This document shows positions 51,290-64,000 of a DNA stretch of 64,000 nt, one piece after another. Source of the DNA: Chiloscyllium plagiosum (lineage: Eukaryota); NCBI RefSeq assembly GCF_004010195.1, contig NC_057755.1:12146966-12210965 (forward strand), in the 5' to 3' direction. The position numbers and the translations under genes were made by a program. The stretch's first letter is position 1, and every line of letters starts with the position of its first letter. Under the pieces are notes generated by a model. It did not search any database and was not told the origin of the DNA. It saw only the letters and a list, made by a program, of their open reading frames with translations.

Positions 51290-52625
51290 GGAGTATGCAC
51301 CGACCATTTGGTCCAGCCAGTCTATGCTGAACATAATCCCAAACTAAACTAGTCCCACCTGCCTGCTGTTGGCCCTTATCCCTCCAAACCTTTCCTATTC
51401 ATGTACTTAGCCAAATGTCTTTTAAACATTGTAATTATATTCACGTCCATCACTTCCTCAGGAAGTTAATTCCACAAATCTGCGTAAAAGAAATTGCCCC
51501 TTATGTCTTTATTAAATCTTTCACCTCTCGCCTTAAAAATCTGCTCCCTAGCCTTGAAATCCCACATCCTAGAGAAAAGACAAGCACTATTAACTTTATT
51601 TATACCCTGATTATTTTATAAACCTTTCTAAGATTGTCTTTCAACCTCCTACACCCTAGTGAAAAAAATCCCAGCCTTTCTTTGTAACTTAAGCCTTCTA
51701 TACCTGGCAGCATTCTGGTAAATCTCTTCTGAACCTTCTCCAGCTTGTTAATATCCTTCCTAAAACTGGACACAGTATTCCAGAAGAGGCTTCACCAATG
51801 ACGTGAACAATCTCAACATGACTTCCCAACTCCTATACTCAAAGGATTGAGCAATGAAGGCAAGCACGTCAAATGCCTTTTTAGCCACCCTACCAATATG
51901 TGGTGCAAACTTCACAGAATTATATAGCTGTACCTCAGGTTCCTCTATTCTACAACACCACCCATGGCCCTACCATCAATTGTATAGGCCCTATCCTTGT
52001 TTGTTGTACTAAAATTCAATACCTTGCATTTATCCAGATTGAACTCCATCTGCCATTTTTCAGCCCAATGACCCATTTGATCAAGATTCCTTTGTAATCT
52101 TAGAAAACCACCTTCACTGTCTAGGAGAAAGTGAGGACTGCAGATGCTGGAGATCAGAGCTGAAAATGTATTGCTGGAAAAGCACAGCAGGTCAGGCAGC
52201 ATCCAAGGAGCAGGAGAATCGACATTTCAGGAAGAAGGGCTCATGCCCGAAATGTTGATTCTCCTGCTCCTTGGATGCTGCCTGACCTGTGCTTTTCCAG
52301 CAATACGTTTTCAGCTTCTTCACTGTCTACTATGCCACCAATATTAGTGTCACCTGCAAACCTACTAACCATGCTTTCGCATTTTCTCATCCAAATCATT
52401 TATATAAATGATAATCAAAAGAGGACTTCAAACTGACCCATGTGGCACACCATTGGTGATAGGTCTCCAGTCCGAAAAGCAATCCTCCATCACCATGCTA
52501 TCTCCTACCATTAAGCCAATTCTGTATCCAATTGACAAGCTCCCCTGAATCCCATGTAATCTAACTTTACTAGTCTACCATATGGAACCTTGTCAAAGGC
52601 TTTATTAAAGTCCAAGTAAACATCT
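51290..52625 (-). mobile_element. CR1/HER1-type LINE
   Basis: LRLQRNLDQMGHWAEKWQMEFNLDKC plus RT and 3' remnants. Confidence 0.87.
52124..52317. mobile_element. Fold-back PLE terminal-repeat derivative
   Basis: Perfect TSD CTTCACTGTCTA (52112-52123 / 52318-52329) and inverted arms. Confidence 0.82.
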
Positions 52626-52639
52626 CCGCTGCTGGATAT

Positions 52640-53515
52640 CTCGCAGGAGTTCGTCAGGGTAGAGTCCTGAGCCCAACCATCTTCAGCTGCTTCATCAAGA
52701 CTTTTTCTTTATCATAAGGTCAGGAGTGGGGATGTTCACCAATGATTGCCCAGTATTCAGCACATTTGCAACTCCTCAAATACTTGACGCAGTCTGTGTT
52801 CAACGTCTGGCCAGTATCCAAGCTTGGGCTGACAAGTCACAATTAAGATTTCAAATCACACAACTGCCAGACAATTGCCCACTATCAACATCCTTGGGGT
52901 TGCCATTGACTAGAAACTCAACTGGACTTGGCACATAAACAACGTGGCTACAAGAGCAGGTCAGAAGCTGGGAATAGTGCAATGAGTAACTCGCTGCTGA
53001 CCAGAAGCCTGACAATCTACAAGGCATAAGTCAGGCATGTGTTGGAATACTCCTCACTTGCCTGGATAGGTACAGCTCAAATAACACTCAAAAAGCTTGA
53101 CACCATCCACGACAAAGCAGCCTGCTTAATTGACACCATATCAACAGGTATCATTCCCTTCATCACTATAGCAGCAATCTGTACTATCTACAAGATACAT
53201 TGCAGAAATTCACTAAAGATCCTTGGACAGCACTTTCCAAAACCACAAACACTTTCATCTCGAAGGCCAAGGACAGCAGATACATGGGAACACCACCACC
53301 TGTGAGTTGCCCTCCAAACAACTCTCATTCTGACTTGGAAATATGTCACTGTTCCTTTATTGTTAGAGTCAAAATCCTGGAATTCCCTCCCTTGTTGGTA
53401 TACCTACAGCACATGGATTGCAGTAGTTCAAGGAAGTAGTTCACCATCACCTTTCGAAGGGAAATCGGTGAACTCTGTAATAAATTGTGGCCGGGCAGTG
53501 ATTCCCTTGTCCTAC
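52640..53515 (+). mobile_element. Non-LTR retrotransposon (CR1/L2 group, different family), RT and 3' end
   Basis: GVRQGRVLSPTIFSCFI and LEYSSLAWIGTAQITLKKLDTIHDKAACLI. Confidence 0.7.
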
Positions 53516-54404
53516 AATTGACCTAAACTGAAGAATATTCTCTAGCTGACCTGAATTGCCATATAAACCAGTTCATTCTTTTAATTTTAGGTGGAGTCTG
53601 TTGTCAATTGTCATCGACATTTGAGAAACCGAACATGTTCATTGTCAACACAATTACATTGAACATAATGAAAGGAACACAAGTTAGAAATTAGGTCTTG
53701 GAGAGTGAACTCTGAGGGAAATTTCTTTCTTCAGGGATAACGTTTGTGAGATATTGCTAGATTAGAGCACTATCAAAATTAACTTGAAAGATGACCACCT
53801 TGGACTTTAGTATTGGATTGACTTGCAAAAGAGATGGCTGCAATTTCTTGTATAGTGATACACTGTGAATCCTGAGTTAAATCCTGGTGTTTCATACTGT
53901 CAAACTTCTGTTTGCATTGCACCTTCTATCCTACAGCATCACTGGACAAATGGAACAGGTTCACATTCTGAGTGATGAGGTGCACCAAAGTATTCCTGAG
54001 TTTGTTAGATAAGACTGTAAAACGCAGGAGCAGCCAATCAAATTTGCTCCATCATTCAATGAGACTCTGGCTGATCTGATCATACTCAATTCCACTTTCC
54101 TGCCCTTTCTCATAAACCCAAGATTCCCCTACTGATTAAAAATATGTCTATCTCAACCCTGAATATACCGAAAAACCAGACTCAACAGTCCTCTGGTTTA
54201 AAAAAAAATTCACACATTCACTACCCTCAAGAAATTCCTCTTCATTCATTTTAAACGAGCAAACCTCTTGTTCTGAAATTATATCCTCTGGTCGTGGACT
54301 CTACCACAAGAAGCAACTCCTTCTCCACATCAGCTTTGCCAAATCCCCTAAGAATTTTGCACATTTCAGTAAGATCATCTCTTGTTTTTAACTCCAATGT
54401 GTAC

Positions 54405-55050
54405 AGGTCCTGGGAAATGTTGCCAAACAAAGAGACCTAGAGGTGCAAGTAGTCTTGAAAGTGGCGTCACAGGTAGACAGGATAGTGATGATGTTTGGCA
54501 TGTTTGCCCTTATTGGTCAGAGCATTGAGTACAGGAGTTGACGCATCATATTACAGTTGTATAAGCCACTGGTAAGGCCGCATTTGGAGTACCGCATACA
54601 ACTCTGGTTGCTCTGCTATAGTAATGATGTTATTAAACTGGAAAGGGTTCAGAAAAAATTTAGAAGGATGTTGCCAAGACTGGAGGGTATGAGTTATAAG
54701 GCAAGTTTGGATAGGTTGGGACTTTTTCCCTTTTCCCTGGAGTATAGGAGGCTGAGGATGACTTTTTATAGAGGCTTAAAATCATGAGGGGATTAGATAA
54801 AGTGAATAGCTGTGGGTAGGGGAGTCCAAAATTCAGCACCTTCAGTTTGTGAGAGGGGAAAAATTTAAGTGGTCCTGAGAGGCAACGTATTTGCACTTTG
54901 TGTATATGGAACAAGCTGCCAGAGGAAGTGGGAGAAGGTGGGAGGGATATGTGCTAAACACAGGCAAATGGGATAGTTTTAGGAAACCTGGTCAGCAAGG
55001 ATGAGTTGAGCCAAAGGCCTGTTTCCATGCTGTATGCCTGTATGACTCGA
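54405..55050 (+). mobile_element. CR1/HER1-type LINE 3' part
   Basis: LVRPHLEYRIQLW...LERVQKKF. Confidence 0.85.
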
Positions 55051-55771
55051 TAACTCTCCTCATAAAGCAGTCCCTTCATACTCTGGATCAATCAAGTGAA
55101 CCTTTTCTGGACTGCCTCAATGCCAATATATCTTTCCTTGGGTAAAAGGCCAGAACTTCACAGAATTCCAGCTGTGATTTAACTTTGGTTATCGTTTAAA
55201 ACCTCTTGCTTTGTATACTCCATTCACTAAGACAAATAAAGGTCAATGTCCCATTTATCTTCTCTATTACCCACTTCAATGTTGCTTTTCGTGACTTATG
55301 CATGAGGACTCCCAAATTCTTTTGTGCTGTAGCTTTTTGCAGTCTTTCTCTGTTCGAATAATAATTAGTTCCTCCATTCTTCCTGCCAAGGTGTGTAACC
55401 TCATTTCCCAAATTAGTTCTTGGCAGGTGGAACATAATGTAGTGGGACAAGAAGTTCGTTATCTTTTATCCACACTCATCAGTTCCTCAGCCTGAGGTTA
55501 TTAATCAACTGGTAGATCACAAACTAATAGGGAAACTTCAGTTCAAATCACAGTTTGGTGCTTATGATATTCAGTTCAGTTCAATACATGTCTAGTTTCA
55601 GTATTGAGTCAATTTTTGAAATAGTTTTCCACAGTCCCTTTTGATGTTTTTGAGGCCAGAGACATTTCTGATTTTCTAAATAGCCATGCAGCTTAGCAGG
55701 AGAATTCGTGACCTTGTCTGAAAAATGTAGTTTGTTCACTGGTGTTCTTCATGAGAGGAAATGTTCAGTCC

Positions 55772-56153
<382 letters not shown>

Positions 56154-56454
56154 TGGTTTACATGTCACTCCAGATCCAGAGTCGTTGACTACTAACTGCC
56201 TTCTAAAATGGTCTAAAGTGTGGGCGTATCAAATCACTGCAAAAACCTAACTCGCGTGGATTGTAGTGGTTCAGGAAGACAGCTCACTATTACCTTTTTT
56301 GGGTGCGCACTAAACACTGGAATTGCCAGTGAGAGACATCCTGAAAATAGAAACAAAAGTCTGTGTATGCTATGGTGTGAAATGTAGCAGGATTCTTTGT
56401 GCAACAATTTACTATTGATTTGCAAGTGTGGTTACAGTTTCTCATTTTCTCTAG

Positions 56455-56604
56455 AGTTTCCTAGGTGGTTTGTTTACTCCGGTATGCGACATCAATATTG
56501 TTCTCAATGATGCTGACACAAGGAAGACTGCAGAAATTAAAAGTGAAGATGGTAAAATAGAGAAACATTATCTGTTTTATGATGGTGAATCAGTAACTGG
56601 AAAG
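56455..56604 (+). CDS. VPS26A: VPS26A coding exon 2 (150 nt)
   Basis: TTTTCTCTAG acceptor and AAG|GTAAGG donor. Translates as SFLGGLFTPVCDINIVLNDADTRKTAEIKSEDGKIEKHYLFYDGESVTGK, which I recognise as the VPS26A N-terminus. Confidence 0.96.
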
Positions 56605-57169
56605 GTAAGGATTTGCTAATTAATGCATATATTCTGGTAATTTCTCCACTAAAACTGTTTTCAAGTTACAAGATTCATGTGACTCCAACACTAAGACCAA
56701 AATCACAGAATTGTCAGAAAGAAGCCATTTACCCCACCATGTTGACATATATTCTAAGCTGAGCATTCTAACCTGGTGTCAATTTCCTGCCTTTTTGTAA
56801 TCTTGCAAATTGTTTCTGTTTAAATAACTATCTAATGCCCTTTTGAACATCTTAAATGAACCGTCCTCCTCCATACTTCCAGGCAGTGCCTTCCAGACCC
56901 ACAGTATTTGATGTGTGAATTTTTCTTTTAACTTGGTGATTAGCTGGTGAGAAGTAACTGAAAGCACAATCTTGTCTTTGGAATACAGTAACTAGTTTTG
57001 CTCATTGTTGAAGTTTGTTCCTGGATATGTGATGCTGTAATCTGTACCCATCCCTAGGTAAACTGAGTTGCTGTAGGTGGGTCTTTTCCCAAACTTAGTC
57101 TGAAGAACAACGATGTCCACTCACTCACTCTAAGGGAGCAGTTTAGGAGCAGTATAAAAAAGGTTACTA

Positions 57170-57570
57170 GGATGTTGTTATGGGGTTTTTTAAACTGTAG
57201 AGAAAGGTTGGATAGATTGGGTTTGTTTTCACTGGAAAGCAGGAGATTGAGGGGTGACCTATTAGAAGTGTATAGAGTGGAAAGTATGAGACTTTTTTTT
57301 TCCCAGGGTTGAGGGGTGAATTACTAGGGAACACAGGTTCAAGGTAAGAGGAGGAAATTTGCGAGGTACAAGGCATATTTTTCACAAGGGATGGTGAGTG
57401 CCTGGGAGCTGGTGAAAGCAGACACAATAGCAGCATTCAAGAAGCAACTGGGTGAAAACATGAATAGGGAATGAATAGAGGGATACAGATCCTTTAAGTG
57501 AAGACAGTTTTTATATGGAAGGGCACCCTGTCGGCACAGACCTTGGAGGGCTGATGGGCTATATTGTTTT
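57170..57570 (+). mobile_element. CR1-type LINE 3' end
   Basis: TTTTCACTGGAAAGCAGGAGATTGAGGGGTGACCT and 3' UTR remnant. Confidence 0.75.
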
Positions 57571-59384
57571 TTGTCCTTTTATAGATGTTGGCAGTACCTT
57601 GAAAGCCAGAAAGTATTTACGATTGTTTATGGAAGTAGACAGGTAAACTTGTCCATTCTCATGCAGTAACCAGTGGGATTCCATAAGGATCAATGCTGGG
57701 ACAGCAACTGTTAACAATATATGTTAATGACTTGGGGGCAGGAGCGAATGTACTTTTGCCAAAATTGCATATGGCACATTAGATGGAAGGGCAAGTTGCA
57801 AGAGGAATGAAAAATCCTTGCCAGAGAAAGCTGTGGAGATAGAGACCTTGTCGAGTGAAATGGATTCTTGGTCAAAAGGGTTGTGGGAAAATGGCAGGAA
57901 AGTGGACGAGAGGAATGTTGGATCAGCCATGCTCCTATTGAATGGTGCAGAAGATTGAGGGGCCAAATGGCCTACTCCTGTTCCTGTTTCGTATGGTCTC
58001 ACTGCTATTATACTGGCCAGTACTCTGATCCAGACAGTAAATCAGCCTAGCCATTGTTTCCCTTCAAGAAATTGAAGTCGATTTTAACTTTTAGAAAGAA
58101 GGGTCACTTTCCAGGTGACACAATAGATATGTCTTAAAGTGGTTTCTATCTAAAAGAAAGAGGTGAGGAAATGGAGATACATTTGTTATTTCTGAGCTTG
58201 TTGATGTTAAATTCTATCAGTTGATTGAATTGTACTACATGGGAGAAATAAAGTAACTGGTGAGGCGTTAGATATGCAGTTGCATGGCAACATTAGAGTT
58301 CATGGAATTAAAGAGTAAGAAAGCAACATAATAAGATGATTCTTCACGCTGGAGTTATGAAGATAGGTTGAAGGTGTTGATACTGTTTTCCTTTGGGAAG
58401 GAAAGGGTGATGGATAGCTGATGGAAGTATTCAAAATCATGTGAGGTTTAGATAGAGTAAATATGGAGAATTTGTTCCCACTTAGAGGACATGTATTTAA
58501 ATACTAGTTAAGGGAATCAAAAGCAACATAAAAAAAACTTTTTCACTGAGTGGATCGGACGTGGAAAGCACTATTTGCGAATGAGATGGAGACATGTTTA
58601 TTCAAGGCTTTCTAATAAGAATTAGACTGTTGTCTGAAGAATCAAGAATGTACAGGCTTATGTGAAGAAGGCAGGAGAACAGCACCGAGGGAGTTAGTCA
58701 TTTGAAGAGCTGGCATAGACAATGTGGGCTAAATGGCCTCCTGCATTGCAAAATGTCTGAGATTGTTAGCCTGAACCTACTATACTGCCAGATACCTTAA
58801 CCACTGCTGTTTGCTGCTTTGCATCCAGGTCTCCATAAATGGCTGTGGTGTCTAAAACTGTGAGTTTCATATATTTTCCAGTTAAATTCTTCGGCAATGG
58901 TGTTCTAGCTCCAAATTTTCACTGCATATGTAGGGTACTGCTAGAGGGAAACCACAGTGGAGTCACCTGAATTTATTTACTTGCACCCAGGAACCAGACC
59001 AGCAATTTATCATTTCCTCAGTACCAGGTGAGAATGCTGGGGATCCCTGTTTAACAGCAATGGAAGTGTCTTCACTGCAAGCGCTACCATGTGGTTTAAG
59101 CAGGCACCGCTTGGGTGTGCCTTCTAGGATTTATAAAGTAAACCATGTATATGGTCATCTTAGTGTTGCCCTGATTCAGGGAACCAATCAAAACTGTCTT
59201 GTCTTTCATTTGTTACTTTGTGAATTAGATTTGGTTATAATGCCAACATAATGCTATAAAATACAATGATTTGAACCTTTACCTTAATAAAATAACCAAT
59301 GCGGTGTAAAATATAATGCATTATCAGAGCTTTTGGTTTTCATCTGTAACCACCTCTCGTGGAGTTGTTTCTCTAATTCTAAAA

Positions 59385-59720
59385 GGAAGAGCTTGTATTC
59401 CTATCATACCTACAACCTCAGCACACCCCAAACATTTTATAGTCAGTGAAGTTGTTGTCACAATGGTCATCAGATTTGGTGTTCAGTCAATGGGCCAATT
59501 GGTCTACGCCTCCTGTATTACTATATACATACTATATTATAAGATAGGAGTCCGCAATATGATCTTTTTTGAGGGATAAATTTTATTAAAAAAGCTAAGA
59601 TGTAAGGGTTTGCTCACCATTCTTCCTCAAAATATCACTGTAGCCTTTCAACATCCACCCGAATAGATAGACTGCTTCATCTTAATAACTCATTAGAAAG
59701 GCAGCATTTTCCAAGGCTGT
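59385..59720 (-). mobile_element. Possible ancient Deu-domain SINE remnant
   Basis: Segments ACAACCTCAGCACACCCCAAACATTTTATAG and CATCCACCCGAATAG resemble, from memory, the reverse strand of DeuSINE tail and core sequences. Highly diverged. Confidence 0.35.
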
Positions 59721-59819
59721 CCAAACCACCTCTTCAACCTGCAATGACTGACCTTTTTCCCTCCCTCATTCCCGGCCACACTCATGCTCCTCCCTCCATC
59801 TCTCCCTTCTCTCTGCTCC

Positions 59820-60175
59820 AGTGGTTGCGCGATAGCTCGGTATTTAACACTGCTGCCTCACAGCGTCAGGGAACCGGATACGATTCCAGCCTTTGGTGAC
59901 TATCTATGTGGAGTTTGTACGTTCTGCCCGTGTCAATGTGGATTTCCACTGAGTGCTCTGGTTTCCTCCCACAGTCCAAAGATGTGCAAGTTAGGTGAAT
60001 TGGCCATGATAAATTGCCCATAGTGTTTCGAGATATGTAGGCTAGGTGGGTTATCCATGGGAAATGCAGGGTTATAGGGATAGGGTAGGGCAGTGGATCT
60101 GGATGGGAAACCCTTCGGAGGGACATTGCAAACTTGATGGGCCAAATGGCCTGCTTCTACTCTGCTTCTATGATT
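59820..60175 (+). mobile_element. HE1-type SINE
   Basis: ACTGCTGCCTCACAGCG head and GGTTTCCTCCCACAGTCCAAAGATGTGCA core. Confidence 0.82.
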
Positions 60176-60404
60176 CCATCCCACTGCAGTCCAATCCCTC
60201 CCTCCTTTAACCTTGGGATTGTCTTGTGTGGTTGTTTGTCCTGTTTATATTTAACATGTATCTGACTTACACTCAGAAATGGAAGTAGTCAAGCAACTCA
60301 TCACCTGATTACATCTTATAGGAGCCTTGGATTGGTTCCAACCCAGTCTCCCCCTCCCCCTTCTAACAATGCAAAATTATCTGGGTCGCTGATTTAATAG
60401 TTTA

Positions 60405-61130
60405 TGCATTTTGGCTGAAAAAATGGGAAGGTGACCTATTATCTAAATATGGAGAGACTTCGGGGTGTTCCTATGCAAAGGGATCTGGGTATCTTTGTTA
60501 ATGAGTCACAGAAAACTAGCATGCAGGCACAGATAAGAAAGAAAGCAAATGGAATGTTGGCGTTTATAGCTAAAGAAATAGAATGTAAAGGCAAGGAAGT
60601 ATTGTTGCAACTATACAAGGTATTGGTGAGACCGTACCTGGAGTATTGTGCACCGTTTTGGTTCCCTTATTTGAGGAAAGATGTAGTAGCATTGGAAGTG
60701 GTTCAGAGAAGATTCACTAGATTGATCCCAGCGATGAGGGGTTGGTTGTATGAAGAGAGATTGAACAGTTTAGGCCTATACTCTCTGGAATTTAGAACGA
60801 GGGGAGATCAAATTGATATATTCAAAATAGCCAAGGAGTGGATGCTTCCTCTTGTGGGGCATTCTAGGATGAGAGGTCATAGTCTTACGATAAGGGAAAA
60901 CAAATTTAAAACTGTTGAGGAGAAACTACGACTCCCATAGAGTTGTGAATCTGTGGAATTTGCTACCCCAAATTGCATTGGGTGATGGGACAGTGAGTAA
61001 ATTTAAGGAGGAGTTAGATTTTTAATTGATAATGGGTTGAAGGGTTATAGGGAGAAGGCAGGAAAATGGGGGTGAGGAGTATATCAGCCATGATCGAATG
61101 GCGGAGCAGATCCTATGGGCTGAATGGCCT
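60405..61130 (+). mobile_element. CR1-type LINE 3' part
   Basis: ORF 60431-60940 contains LYKVLVRPYLEYCAPFWFP...LGLYSLEFR. Confidence 0.9.
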
Positions 61131-62172
61131 ATTTAATGAACTAATGAACCTGCCCAGTTTTGATTTCTTAAGACAAAGTCCAGAACTGCTGTGTTTTTGT
61201 TTGGTTTGTTACATAATAGGCATTGATAAAGACCTCCTGAATGTATTTTAAGAATTCTATGTCCTCTATAACTTCCATTTTACTCCCTTTAATATTGGAG
61301 TAGTTGAAATCTCCACTATCCAGACCTGTTGTCTGCATGTTTGTCCCGTCATCTTCTGACTGTTTCAAGTCTATGATACATCCCCAGCATCTCAAAATAC
61401 TGCAATCAAGAGAGTAGATAATAATGGCCAATTCTGCCTTCTAAACCATATTTTGGAATTAGCTATGATATTATAACTTCCAATTTCCCATCTATGTTTT
61501 CAGCTCACTTTTATTTGCTAATTTCCTAGTGTTGAAATAAATGGCATCCATTACTGAACAACTATGATTATTTTCCAGCTATTGTTTTCTCTACTTTAGG
61601 TATTTACTTATTATTTTTCTACCTTTTTTGTTTTGTTATTTTCAGCTTTGCTTCTCCTCTTGGAATCACTAACTGGTTTCTATCCCTCCTGCCAAGCTGG
61701 TTTAAACCGACTTCAATGACACGAGCAAATCACCACCTTTCCAGGATACTGGTCATGGCACTATTGAGTGCAGCCCTTCTGGCTTGTATAGGTCTCAACA
61801 TCCTAGAACTGGTTTCAAAGCCGTGGGATTGCAAATGTGCTTACCTTCAGCAACTATCCAGCCATCCAATTGTCTGCTCACTCCTCCTGTTTTTGCTTAA
61901 GAGTGCCTCCCATTAGGAGTATTTCTGAACATTTCTACCTTTTTTAAAGGTCCTGCTTGTCTGGCTCATTCCTAACTTTTCTGGAATCTGCCTGTAGAAA
62001 CTCCACCTTTTTTCTATTGACCTGTGACTGTTTACCCTCCCCACTAAGCATGCTCTGCAGCCATAGGTGAAATAATGGAGTAGGAGGGCAGAGGAGAGTA
62101 AAGCAAAGTGAATTTAGAGACTATGAATTTAGATGGAAGATTTATCAAATATTTTTTGACATTTTCTGCCAG

Positions 62173-62248
62173 GTAAACCTGACCTTTAAACAGCCAGGCA
62201 AGCGTTTGGAGCACAAAGGAATTCGAATTGAGTTTGTTGGGCAGATTG
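62173..62248 (+). CDS. VPS26A: VPS26A coding exon 3 (76 nt)
   Basis: TTTTCTGCCAG acceptor and G|GTGAGT donor. Translates as VNLTFKQPGKRLEHKGIRIEFVGQI, in frame with exon 2. Confidence 0.96.
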
Positions 62249-63814
62249 GTGAGTTGGTGATATGTCTCCATTCATCTCATATAGATATTTTCTGTAGATA
62301 TCTTGTATTTCTACCTTGCTGAAATACTATTACATACCTCCGGAGCAGGCAAGACTTGAACGCAGGCCTCGTACCACTACCCCACAAAAGCCCCACAACT
62401 TGTACTCTCTGCTGTTTGGTTTCACTTGAGAATGGTGATAGCGGTGTGCTGTGATCTGAATGTGTAGCTGTGCCCAGGGCCTCATTCCTTTAGCACCGCA
62501 TTGCCAGATTGTTCCTCTTTCTTCAATCCAGGTAAAGCTGAATCTTGTTCCAGTAACTTCATTATGTGACCGCAGATCCAATGTCATTGCTTCTGTTGAA
62601 CTACAACAGGCCTCAGACTAGGACATTACATTAGCTGAATAATTGTCCTAGAGAAGTTGGTGATGAACACCTCGATTTGTTGCAACCAGTGTGATGTAGG
62701 GCCACCCACAGTGCTTTTAGGGAGAGTATTCTAGGATTTTCCAGCCTGTAAAATTAAAGTGCACGGGAAATAGGGTAATGTACTGACATGGATAGAGGCA
62801 GACAGACAACAAAGACAAGGAATGAAAAGTTCTTTTCTGAATGACTGGCAGAACAGTGATTAGCTGGGTACTGTAGGTATCGGTGCTTTGACCTATTAAC
62901 TCTAACAGGGCTAGATAGGATAAATACAGGAGGATGTTGCTGATGACCAAGGATCTAGAACCGGGGTCACCATTTACGAATATGGGGAAGCCATTTAGGA
63001 CTGATATGTGGAGAAATGTCCTCACGCAGAGAATGGTGAGCCTGTAGAATTCTATCACACAAAGCTGTTGAGGCTGAAAGATAGTTTTTGAGACTAAAAA
63101 AATCAGAAGGTACAGGGAGAAAGTCGGTATTGAGTTGGATGATCAGCCGTAATTCCACCGAATGGTGAAGCAGGCTGAATGACCTACTCCTCTTTTCTAT
63201 GTTGGCCCAGAGACAATGAGGGAATGGTGATATATAATTCTAAGTTGGGATACTATGTGACTTAGAGAGACTTGCAGGTGGTGGTGTTTCCATGAATCTT
63301 GTGCTTCTAGGTGGGTTGTTAGGTTTGGAAGGTGGTGCTGAAGGAACCTTGGTGAGTTGCTTCAGTACATTTTGTAAATGGTACACACTGTTACCATTGT
63401 GCTTCGGAGGGAATGAATGTTGAAGGTGGTTGATGGGATGCCAGTCAAGTGAACTGATTTATCCTGGATGCTGTTAAACTTCGAGTGTTGTTGGAGTTGA
63501 ATTCATCCAGGCAAGTAGGGAGTATTTTATTACAATCTTGAATTGTCCCTTATAGAAAGTGGACAGACTTTGAGGAATTAGATGGTGAGTTACTTGCTTC
63601 AGAATTCCTAATTTCTAACCTACTCTTATATCCTCTACTTATATGGCTGGTCCAGTTTCTGATCAATGGTAACCACCAGGATATTGATAAAGGAGATTCA
63701 ATAATAGCAGTGCCATTGAATATCAAGAAGTGATGGTTGAATTCCCACTTATTGGTGACTGGTTCATAGAATGATCATAGCACAAAAGGAGACCATTTGG
63801 CATATGGGGGGTGG

Positions 63815-64000
63815 GGTTGGCACGGTGGGTCAGTGATTAGCACTACTGCCTCTCAGTGCCTGGGACCCAGGTTCAATTCCAGTCTTGAGCGACTGTCTAT
63901 ATGGAGTTAGCACATTCTCTCCGTGTCTGCGAGGGTTTCCTCTGGTTTCCTCCCATATTCCAAAGATGAGCAGGTATGGGGAATTGCCCACAGTGTTAGG
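63815..64000 (+). mobile_element. HE1-type SINE, cut off by the window end
   Basis: TGGCACGGTGGGTCAGTG A-box and GGTTCAATTCC B-box. Confidence 0.85.

Noticed and set aside
62171..62178. AG|GTAAAC as a recursive splice site
   Set aside because: GTA AAC encodes the conserved Val-Asn at the start of exon 3.

Overview
This is eukaryotic DNA, very probably from a shark. The evidence is abundant HE1-type tRNA-SINEs, their partner CR1/HER1-type LINEs and Penelope-like elements (PLEs). Most of the window is decayed, often nested, transposable elements. The one host gene I can support is the 5' part of VPS26A (retromer subunit) on the + strand. It has an ATG-only first coding exon in a CpG island (33858-33860), a 150-nt exon (56455-56604) and a 76-nt exon (62173-62248), and two TCACGTGA (CLEAR/E-box) sites lie just upstream. 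The main observations are: (1) many short, often fold-back PLE-derived insertions with 10-18 bp target-site duplications (TSDs) that carry minimal hammerhead ribozyme cores, two of them in sense orientation in VPS26A intron 1; (2) an R2-like retrotransposon remnant outside rDNA; (3) a Gypsy remnant whose RNase H runs straight into the polypurine tract (PPT) and 3' LTR, consistent with Gmr1-type domain order; (4) a 123-bp insertion joining an L1-like head to a poly(A) tail, with a perfect 14-bp TSD; (5) a 144-bp TA-flanked MITE. There are two N gaps and a 379-nt poly-C run that is probably an artefact. Repeat boundaries are approximate unless a TSD is quoted. Family names come from motif recognition, not database searches.
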